Shown: piece after piece, positions 20,690 through 30,000 of the stretch | Layout: every line of letters starts with the position of its first letter | Numbering within the stretch: position 1 is the stretch's first letter | NCBI GenBank assembly: GCA_964019425.1 | Contig: OZ025787.1 | Coordinates: 1,364,001-1,428,000, forward strand | Reading direction: 5' to 3' | DNA from: Flectonema sp. DT1601 | Lineage: Eukaryota | DNA length: 64,000 nucleotides | The notes under the pieces: generated by a model | The model's input: the letters and a program-made list of their open reading frames with translations, nothing else | Databases searched by the model: none | What the model was told of the DNA's origin: nothing | Translations under genes and position numbers: made by a program

Positions 20690-23530
20690 ATGGGAGACAG
20701 GGCAGAACTAGAACCAGGATGCAAAGTATTTAGTGAGTTTCGAAAAACTGAAGATTGCCATATCTTCGAGGTAAGTAATCGGAATGAACGGAGAAAATGT
20801 GAAATTGAAATTGATCTGTCGGGAAGTGAAAACGTCATGATCCCCAAGCATAAATCTCTTCAATACACACTCAAGGTTCCAGCAGGTGAAAGCCGAAGTG
20901 TAGAAGTCGCAATGATCGATAAAGATGCTGTTTACAAAATTGAGCACACAATCAAATTTAAATTTTATTGTGAAGTAAAGGCTACGTCGAACACTGAAGT
21001 ATTACTGTACAGCAACTTAAACACTGAGGAAAGGCTTCAAAAAGGGATAAAATATTGTGATTTAAATTATAAGGCAAACGACAGCAATAACCCTGCGGGT
21101 GTTCTTTGGGTGAGAACAACCAGTCTGGAGCCCAGAACTAAATCGACGACGCAGCCTTTAATGTGTCCTGAGTTAGAAAGTATATTTAGCTATCTGACTG
21201 CATGTGAATATCCTTTAGAGAACTTAGTCACGTCTACGTCAGAAGACTATGCTGGAGGAAAAGCATCCGTCAGCTTAAACATAAAAGGTTGGTGGACGAC
21301 CCTAACAGTAGATAACTACGTGATAGCCGATCAGCAGTATGGTGAATCACTTTTTTGCACTGGTTCTGATCCAGATTCGTTTTGGAAAATTTCAATGATT
21401 GAAAAAGCTCTTAGAAAACAGCAGTACATATCCAACGACAATTCTCAATTCAACAAGTCTGCTGTTCTATCAGCTCTCACTGGTGCTGCTACTGAAGCAA
21501 TCGCAATAAATAAAAATGATAATATGTTTATAAAGAAGTTGATTCATTGGTTACGTCACTCTGATAAAAAAGGACATCCAACACCACTCGTGTTAGTCAC
21601 TTGTTATGATTCTGAGGAATCGACAGACGAGATGATCGCGAGGAATATTTCATCATCGGGTTCGCTTCCGAGGTTATTAACAATTTCATCTGGGAGTGAG
21701 TCTGATGAGGAGTTTAAAATTGATGATTTCGTAATAACAGCTGAGCAACAACGTGAATCAAAAGACATAATCACAATATCAGCTAAAGACTTACTAGCCT
21801 TTGGTAAGGAATTATCATACTGTGCAATACCTGAAGGAAGTGAAACAGATACGAGGATTCACACTAGTATTGGTGAGAATGTTTATTCTGTTGGATTAGG
21901 TCTCAGGATCTGGATTTCAACATCGAGTTCGAGTCCATTAGAAATAGGAGTCTCCAACAATGATGAGCATTCAAAAGGTAGCTGTGTGTTGTTCGCAAGT
22001 TTTCCTGAGAATTTATCCGTTAAAAATGATAATTTTGATTCATCAAATTCAACGTCATTCGTGTGCTCAACTGATACTACCAGTTCGATATCTTGTTTGG
22101 TGACGGGGTCATCTTCGAGTCCAATTATACTAGTGCCTTATCCTCCTTTTAAAAATAAGGTACTCGATATCTGTATAAGTGTTACCACTACTGCCGTGTT
22201 GTCAAAAATTGAGCCATTCACAATCGAACAACCGCATATAAAAACAGCTTTACGACTTGCTTCTGTGTCATCTCCGGTTTGCACACATCAGCTTACTGAA
22301 GGGTTGGTAGTTCACAATTGGAAGTGTGGAGACTTATTGTTATTAGGATATCAAAACAGGGGATCTGAAGGATACACCGTAACCACAGAAGTAGCAGGCA
22401 ATACCTACAAAGGTGATGGTGATTCTGATCAGTCAGTTGTAGAGTCTTTTGTATCACCTAATTCATGTGGACTGTTAGCACATCTTTGGAGATGTGAACC
22501 CAAAGCTGAAGAACAAGATTCTTTTCAATTAGCTGAAGTAGATCCAGAGATTAGTCACTCGTATATTAAAATGGGAAGTGTTGCTTCTGCGAAGATTGAA
22601 AATACTAATGAAAATGACAACTTAGAAACTCTCTCTTATAATGTTCCACAGAACTATGAATATCAACATAATCGAACCTTAGAAAGATATGGAACAGGGA
22701 CTCCTGAGAATGCGTCCAGCAACTGTGAAATTGGAATCAGAGACGATATTAGCAGAGATGCTAAAGAACAAACAGAGTTAACAAGTGATACAACTGTCAC
22801 GGCTAAAGTCTTACTGCAGTTGGAGTCTGATGCTGCTGCAATGAGAAATCAACCAGCTCCACAACCTGTTTTGCTTAATAATATCAAAAAACCTGGTTCT
22901 GTATCAAATACACCACTCGATTCTGAGCCAATTCCTCAACGTCTGGGGGCTGTGTCTGCTCCACCTGGTAGTACTTTTACTGATACGTCAACTGTAAGAG
23001 GGACTGCTGCATCGCGACGAGCTGTTTTTGTTCGTCTTGCACAGACACCAGTCCCTCGAAGTACTGCAAGTTATCAACTGACTCCTTTGAGAAAGAATAA
23101 ACGTCTCACGACTATACAACAACATCAAAGTGTTGAACGAATGTTTAAAGAAAGCGTTCAAAAACGAGAAGAGGAACTGGAAAAGTTAGAACGTCGAATC
23201 TACGGAGATCCAGGAACTCGTCATATCCTAAGACAAGAAGACATGTCATTATTTGTTGATAAAATGTACACTCAAGCAAGGCTAGTCCAGTCTGATAAAC
23301 GTCGTCACCTTGAAGAGATGTACCTGACGGCTTTGATACCAAAGAAATCCATTCCAAAAGAGAGACAAGCAATTATGGTAAAGAAACTATACAATACTGT
23401 TGAGCAGGATAGGAATCTTTCACAAGAATTAGATAAAAAACACAACCCACAAAGAGAGCGAGTCACTCGCACCAATGCTTGCTGGACAGCAACAATAGCA
23501 AGGCTAAATCAACCGATTAGACAGCTGTGA
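20690..23530 (+). CDS. Calpain-like protein, probably non-proteolytic, euglenozoan type
   Basis: SLNIKGWWTTLTVDNYV, FWKISMIEKALRK and LSALTG match calpain CysPc segments. No QG.LGDCW catalytic motif is visible. C-terminal helical repeats (SVERMF.., FVDKMY.., MVKKLY..). ATG 20690 follows a pyrimidine tract and AG at 20664. Confidence 0.7.
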   Translation: MGDRAELEPGCKVFSEFRKTEDCHIFEVSNRNERRKCEIEIDLSGSENVMIPKHKSLQYTLKVPAGESRSVEVAMIDKDAVYKIEHTIKFKFYCEVKATSNTEVLLYSNLNTEERLQKGIKYCDLNYKANDSNNPAGVLWVRTTSLEPRTKSTTQPLMCPELESIFSYLTACEYPLENLVTSTSEDYAGGKASVSLNIKGWWTTLTVDNYVIADQQYGESLFCTGSDPDSFWKISMIEKALRKQQYISNDNSQFNKSAVLSALTGAATEAIAINKNDNMFIKKLIHWLRHSDKKGHPTPLVLVTCYDSEESTDEMIARNISSSGSLPRLLTISSGSESDEEFKIDDFVITAEQQRESKDIITISAKDLLAFGKELSYCAIPEGSETDTRIHTSIGENVYSVGLGLRIWISTSSSSPLEIGVSNNDEHSKGSCVLFASFPENLSVKNDNFDSSNSTSFVCSTDTTSSISCLVTGSSSSPIILVPYPPFKNKVLDICISVTTTAVLSKIEPFTIEQPHIKTALRLASVSSPVCTHQLTEGLVVHNWKCGDLLLLGYQNRGSEGYTVTTEVAGNTYKGDGDSDQSVVESFVSPNSCGLLAHLWRCEPKAEEQDSFQLAEVDPEISHSYIKMGSVASAKIENTNENDNLETLSYNVPQNYEYQHNRTLERYGTGTPENASSNCEIGIRDDISRDAKEQTELTSDTTVTAKVLLQLESDAAAMRNQPAPQPVLLNNIKKPGSVSNTPLDSEPIPQRLGAVSAPPGSTFTDTSTVRGTAASRRAVFVRLAQTPVPRSTASYQLTPLRKNKRLTTIQQHQSVERMFKESVQKREEELEKLERRIYGDPGTRHILRQEDMSLFVDKMYTQARLVQSDKRRHLEEMYLTALIPKKSIPKERQAIMVKKLYNTVEQDRNLSQELDKKHNPQRERVTRTNACWTATIARLNQPIRQL

Positions 23531-23927
23531 GTAAACTGCTGTGGAAATTTGTTTTTAGTTAGTTAGGTTTAACCTTTTTTGTTTTCCCGTTCTTTTTTTT
23601 ATTATTATTATTTACCCGCCTTTAAGGCCCTTATTATTTATATTTTCTTTTTGAAAAAAAAAAAAAAAAAAAAAAAAAAAAACGGCCGTGGCGTTCTCGC
23701 AATCGGCAACGATGACTTCAAACAGTCGGGTAACTATTCTTAATGGTCAAAAAAAAGAAAACTTTAACGTTTCTTTGCTATCGTTGTAAAAGTATGTTTT
23801 TAAATACTTTTTTTTTTAATTTTAAAAACAGGAATTCCCTCACATGAATACTTACACAATAGACAACATTGGATTATAATGTTATTTACTTCTGCTCTTC
23901 TAATCTGGTTTTTAAACAGGAAAAGTG

Positions 23928-25538
23928 ATGCTTCCCTCATTGGGTTGCCGTGCTTTTATTAATTTGGGATGCGGTATAAAATTATCAAAAAGGTGGAACG
24001 GAATAGCACTGCACCCCTCGATTGCAGCCTGGGAGAAAGGACACGAAATCATAGATGAGATTTTAGGTAGACATGCTTTGAGAAGAGAAACTACAGCAAG
24101 AGAGTTCATTTCAATTGTCAACGACTTAGTGGTTCAAGTAAAAGCCATGGCTATCTCTCGTCAACAAGACAAAAGACTGATAGCAGCCATACAATGGATA
24201 ATTTTAGAATTAGAAAGAGAAGATGGACCTGTTTTTTTATGTACCTTCGCAGATATGGACGATTTAGTCGAAGCATGTGCGATCCTTCAGAGTATCAGAA
24301 TCCAAACTGATGACCTACGGAGGATAATAGCAGCATTGTCAAAACGACTTCAAGATAAAAGTTTCATTGATAGAGCGTCACCTCGATCTCTATTGTACAT
24401 ATTAAAATTATCTAAAACCTGTTGGCATCCTCCCACTGTTAATCACATAGTCGGAAGGTTTAAACGTTCTGATCCAAAACTTTTTAAAGATACCATTTCG
24501 GGATATTACTCTGCGAAGATTTTTAAACTCCTCGTCGGGGGAGAGATTGCGTTCTTATCGGCAGACGATAAGAATCAGTTGGGAAAACAATCATTCGATA
24601 TCGCATTTCAGCAATTTGAATCCAAAGCCCTGAATAATATCTACGAATTAAAGGATGTTGGTATGCTGTGTGCAATCATGAGAGCGAGAGGTTTACTTGA
24701 TCAGAGATTACTATATATTTTAGAAAATGATGTTTTATCTGATCGAGCGAGGAGTCTTAATTGGTCTCGATCAGGTGGGATTGAGCTCCGATCTAATTTA
24801 GTTTTTTGTTTAGGAATGATTTCAGGTACCCTTCCGCCAAATATCGTGGAATATCTACGTTCTGTTAGCTCTCATGCATTTAGAGATGGGAAGTACGTAC
24901 CTGCGTCAGGTTGGTCAACAAATCAGTTGGGGTTATTGCTTAGCGTCTTACTACGTCAGTCTGTAATAGATTCTCATAGCCAGTCTTGTTCAAGTATCCT
25001 AACGTGTTTGTTAGCGAGATGCCGTCACTATTCTCATACCGACAATATTACTCGGCTGTCATCACTAACCAGATTGATTCGAGGGGTAAAGAAAATAAGC
25101 CATCAGAACGCCAGCTTAGCAGACAGAGTCGTAGACGAGTTGCATAAAACATTTCATTCAAAATGTACAGAAACCAGTCTAGATGATATTTGTAGTTACA
25201 TTCAGACGAATAATATGACTGATGATCCTACTGCGTTTAACGATAAAGTTAGAAACTCTGAAATATGTAATCCGAAAGGAACTCGCGTACTGCCAAGTAC
25301 ACTTATTCGATGTGTTGCTGTCTCACTTCAGATAGAAACAAATCTAAAATCAAAAATTTTAAACTATGCAATCTCACGTGATATCATTACGGAAATGGAC
25401 ATGGGAAGGGTACACTCCCTCATCCCACTACTGAAACATAAGGAAGACAATATCCCATTTATGGTTTATCTTAGACAGAATATTGGAAGGGTACGCGAAG
25501 ACTCGCTTGATGACCAGCAGAAACCTTCAAACTCATAG
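23928..25538 (+). CDS. Hypothetical alpha-helical protein, possible mitochondrial presequence
   Basis: 536-codon ORF with a basic, acid-free N-terminus (MLPSLGCRAFINLGCGIKLSKRW); no recognisable family motif. Confidence 0.7.
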   Translation: MLPSLGCRAFINLGCGIKLSKRWNGIALHPSIAAWEKGHEIIDEILGRHALRRETTAREFISIVNDLVVQVKAMAISRQQDKRLIAAIQWIILELEREDGPVFLCTFADMDDLVEACAILQSIRIQTDDLRRIIAALSKRLQDKSFIDRASPRSLLYILKLSKTCWHPPTVNHIVGRFKRSDPKLFKDTISGYYSAKIFKLLVGGEIAFLSADDKNQLGKQSFDIAFQQFESKALNNIYELKDVGMLCAIMRARGLLDQRLLYILENDVLSDRARSLNWSRSGGIELRSNLVFCLGMISGTLPPNIVEYLRSVSSHAFRDGKYVPASGWSTNQLGLLLSVLLRQSVIDSHSQSCSSILTCLLARCRHYSHTDNITRLSSLTRLIRGVKKISHQNASLADRVVDELHKTFHSKCTETSLDDICSYIQTNNMTDDPTAFNDKVRNSEICNPKGTRVLPSTLIRCVAVSLQIETNLKSKILNYAISRDIITEMDMGRVHSLIPLLKHKEDNIPFMVYLRQNIGRVREDSLDDQQKPSNS

Positions 25539-25639
25539 AGTGGTGTGAGGTGATATTTTTGTGAGTAGTTTTTTGTTTGTTTGATTTAATTCGATTTCCC
25601 CCTCCGTTGCAGTTCATATTTAGTTTTTTCTTATCAAAA

Positions 25640-25966
25640 ATGGGATCCGACGCTGAATTAGGAATGATGTACTCCGCACTCCTCTGCCAGGACTGTGGAG
25701 TCGACCTTTCAGGAGAGAACTTGGTTGCTGCCTGCAAGGCTGCCGGAGTTTCTGTCCCAGCCTCAAAGGCCACCATCTTCGCATCATTGTGCGAGAAGAT
25801 CGACTTAAGTGAGGTCCTCGGAAACATGGCTGTCGGAGGAGGAGGAGGTGCTCCAGCTGCATCTGGAGATGCCGCTCCAGCTGATGCCTCAAAGCCAGCT
25901 GCTGCCGCCGCCCCAGCTGAGGAGTCTGAAGGAGACGACGACATGGGATTTGGTCTCTTTGACTAA
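25640..25966 (+). CDS. RPLP1: 60S acidic ribosomal protein P1, copy 1
   Basis: ELGMMYSALLCQD N-terminus (P1-type), Ala/Gly hinge and the conserved C-terminus EESEGDDDMGFGLFD. Confidence 0.93.
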   Translation: MGSDAELGMMYSALLCQDCGVDLSGENLVAACKAAGVSVPASKATIFASLCEKIDLSEVLGNMAVGGGGGAPAASGDAAPADASKPAAAAAPAEESEGDDDMGFGLFD

Positions 25967-26343
25967 GCCCCCTGTAGCTTTTTGAATTAATGTATTCTCC
26001 CTCATCAATATATGCCGCTTTTAGATGGAGAATAAAGAAAGTGAGGAGAGTTTTTTTAAGTAAAAAAAAAAGAGTAACAAAAAAAAACAACTAAAAACCG
26101 AAAAACATCTTCCGTCAGCATAGTTGCCCGACTCTGTGGCATAGAATTCCCTGAGGTGCCAGCAAAGGATCTGTTATTTTTATTTACTGAACAGGAGGGT
26201 AGTTATCACCGTATTTAATATAGGAATGAGAATGTGATGCCCAAGGTGTATGTAGAAACAGTTTATGTCGCGAGGAGGAGTTTTCTTGTAGTGAATTATT
26301 AATAACATTTCCCATTCAGTTCATCCGTTCATCAACCTTCAAA

Positions 26344-26670
26344 ATGGGATCCGACGCTGAATTAGGAATGATGTACTCCGCACTCCTCTGCCAGGACTGT
26401 GGTGTCGACCTTTCAGGAGAGAACTTGGTTGCCGCCTGCAAGGCTGCCGGAGTTTCTGTCCCAGCCTCAAAGGCCACCATCTTCGCATCATTGTGCGAGA
26501 AGATCGACTTAAGTGAGGTCCTCGGAAACATGGCTGTCGGAGGAGGAGGAGGTGCTCCAGCTGCATCTGGAGATGCCGCTCCAGCTGATGCCTCAAAGCC
26601 AGCTGCTGCCGCCGCCCCAGCTGAGGAGTCTGAAGGAGACGACGACATGGGATTTGGTCTCTTTGACTAA
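26344..26670 (+). CDS. RPLP1: 60S acidic ribosomal protein P1, copy 2 (identical protein)
   Basis: Same 108 aa as copy 1; only two synonymous nucleotide differences seen. Confidence 0.93.
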   Translation: MGSDAELGMMYSALLCQDCGVDLSGENLVAACKAAGVSVPASKATIFASLCEKIDLSEVLGNMAVGGGGGAPAASGDAAPADASKPAAAAAPAEESEGDDDMGFGLFD

Positions 26671-27072
26671 GCCCCCTGTGGCTTATGAATCACTAATACA
26701 GTTCTATTGCTGAAAAATAATAACACAAGTACAAGTTTATAAAAATTAAAAAAAAAGAGAAGAGAAGAGAAAGAATAAGTAATAAATAAGTCCAACAACA
26801 GTTTTTTCTTCTTCTTTTTTCGTATTTTAAGGCAGAACTGCGACCAAGAATAGAAGCCAAAAAAACCCTTTATTTTGCCGAAGAACAACATGTTTTACAA
26901 AAGGGTTAGCATTAGATACCTTTCTTGAATCGTATTGTATAAACTAACTCTCATAACAGGTCATCGATGTTTACTTTTTGTACAGAAGTGTTTTTGCCAT
27001 AATCTATTTTCTATTATTATTATTATTATTATTATTATTTTCTTTAAAAAAAACAGAGTTCTGGTAGCAATC

Positions 27073-30000
27073 ATGGGTGATAAACCCATAATGCGGCAGG
27101 TGAAACGAAGTAATTCGCAGGTGAGTTTAGGACTTGGTTCACCCCTGTCGCCGACGATATCCGCTTCCAGTAGTCCTGGGGGAACGAGACGAGTCAGACT
27201 GCAGGATTTTGGTTTACCCGGATCCCCAACAGTCACATCCCCCGTTCGACTCCGACGAGGACGCAGCAATTCGACGCCTAATTTAAATAACTGGAAATCA
27301 AATCATTGGCAACTCTTATCTAATATTATATTCGCTACTTCACATCTTAAAAAACGTGTCGGAAACGTAAGAAAACATACCAACAGACAACACTTTTATA
27401 AATATATTGATGACGTGTCTACTTGTTCAAAATGCTCTAAGAAACACATCGCAGACACGGACTGGTATCGTTGTAATATATGTCTTCATACTCATGTTGA
27501 TCTGTGTAGGCAATGCTTCAGAAATTGGAATCATCCTCAGCATTGGTTTTCTGAAATGAGTCAAGCATCGTATACTATGTTTCACAAAAGAATTAAACGA
27601 AGGTGGTACATACTACGTCTCGGTATGAGATCTGAAGCAATTCGACCACTTATCGATCGGTTTCACAGTAAGATAATCGCTCACCTGATTCAGCTACTCA
27701 CCCCGTCGGCAGACGAGCCTTCAGGTGTTTTGAAAAATACGATAAATTGGTGTCTGGCGATACCACATTTAAAAAAACTTCTAACTGGAAATAAACAAAC
27801 ATCATTAGCAGCTTTTTATTGGAAAGGTGGGAAAGCTGGATTTGCACGTCCTCTTACTCCGGAAGCAAAGCAAAAACTGGTTGACTATTTAAGAGAACAA
27901 GACAACAGTGGAAGGGAACGTATTACTATTAGTGATGCATCATCAAATGTTGACTTAGCTGACGGCTCGATTAAAATTGTTTATGAAGATAATCCTGTTG
28001 AGTTTATAGTAGCGGGAGGGGCATCCAATTCAAAGCTGTTTTGTAAATTTCCAAAAAGAGATCCGTTTAGGGTGACGAAAGTTCTTTTAACTGATGTGAG
28101 TAAACCAAACTCTGTTGTTATTCTTGGACCTCCTAAGATGAGTTTAAAATTACCATGGGGACTTACAGAACAAGATCAAAGACAAACTCTTTCTATTCTG
28201 ACCACACTGCGATCGATTACAAAAGTATTCGACATCGTTTGTACCATCCCTGAAAGTCTCCTACTTTGTAGAAATAAAGATAATCTCAAAGAGAATGGAT
28301 CGATATCAAGAAAGAAAGGATTACATCACGTCATAAATAGAAACATCCTTGAGGGATACAGTAAAACCGCTCAACAGATTACAGCAATGCCTGGGTCTGT
28401 AAGACAAAGCAACGTACAACAAAAAGAAATGTGGAATTCAAGTAGTAAAATCGACGACCGTCACCATCGTGGATTGCTAGGCGGTAATACCCCTGCACAT
28501 CTTGAGTTAATTCACTTAAAAGGTATTCATTCACTTTGGGAAGACACCACACCAGCAGTTATTCACATTCTACGTACAATGATGAATGGTCTTGTTGATG
28601 CATTGAAGATTGTTACTAATCAGAAACAGGTTAGAACAGCAAATAGTAGTTTCAATGTCTTTGAAGGATTGGTTCCCGACAACTGTCACGAATCTTTAAT
28701 ATGTAAGGAAGTTGTTGATATTGTAAGGAATTACAATACGAATGGAAAGGGAATGTTGAAAATTACTTCTGACTCTTCAACTGAAACGAAAACTCAATCA
28801 GGTCAATGGGACAGTTTACAAGGTTGGGAAGCATGTCATCACACTAGTAGGTTACGTTCTGGTCGAGTCTGTTTTGAAAATAGCGACATGACTTGCTCTG
28901 CGACTACTCGTCATGATACTGTCGCTCTGGGAAAACAAATTATAACAACTTCGTCAATTTCAACTGTCGTGACTTATAAAATTATCGAATCGTCTGAAGA
29001 CATGTTTCTCGGAATCACACCAACCTCATCTGGGCCAACTGTTTTCGATTCAAAAACCTTCCCGATAATTAAAAAAAAGGATACCCCCAATACTTTCAGT
29101 GGTATTTTTTATAAGGGTGCTGGAGTTGTGTGTCTGCCTGGTGTCTCTAGCGAGGCGGTAGCTGAGAACTTAGTATCCTCGACACCTGTTGTGAATTGTG
29201 GTGATGTTCTAAAGTTTAGGGTAAAGCCCAGCCTTCGTAATGGATTCATAAAAATAACACTAAATGGACAGCTGATCTTTCACAGAAAAGGTATTTCATT
29301 TCCGAAGTGCGGATTAACGCCTTACGTTTTATTTAGAAGCAGTCCCAGATGCAGAGTTCAGATATCAAAAATTGAAGCTCCGAATGAAAGTCGAAAGAAA
29401 CTTGTCTCTGACCCTCTCAGTACTACACCTCCGGCTGTGTTGAGGATGTTGCGTGTTATGGAAAGTACTTTTTTTAATCACTTTGATAGATCATTAAGAA
29501 GACCTCCACCACGTGATCAAGTCACTTTAGTATTTACTGATGTTCAGTCATCAACTGTACTATGGGACAAGTCACCTGACGGCATGAAAATAGCTCTCGC
29601 TCTTCATAATTCTGTTCTTCGCAGACTTATTGAAAAGTGGAGAGGTTATGAAGTTAAAACAGAAGGTGACGCATTCATGATTGCGTTCCAAAGAACAGAA
29701 CACGCATTGAATTGGTGTCTTGACTCTCAGAGAGAATTATTAAAAATTAATTGGCCAGAAGAGGTTCTAACACTACCAGCAGCATCTGTTGTTAACGCTG
29801 TCGACGGAACTCCAATCTTTAGAGGACTACGAGTGAGAATGGGATTCCATACAGGAGAACCAGAATGTGAACAAGATCCTGTAACAGGTAGAATGGATTA
29901 CTTCGGTCCAATGGTTAACCTCGCTGCTCGTATCTCTGGTGTCGGTCAAGGGGGTGAAACTGTTATTGGAGGAGCTGCCTTTCGACATCTCCACCGTAAT

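Noticed and set aside
25471..26648. Minus-strand ORFs overlapping the P1 genes (and similar antisense ORFs over other CDSs)
   Set aside because: Antisense shadows caused by codon bias in the real + strand genes.
26935..27072. Apparent TM helix (IIIIIIIIIFF) at the N-terminus of the large cyclase ORF
   Set aside because: It is an (ATT)n microsatellite upstream of the likely acceptor AG (27056) and first ATG (27073); the track ORF starts at TTG.
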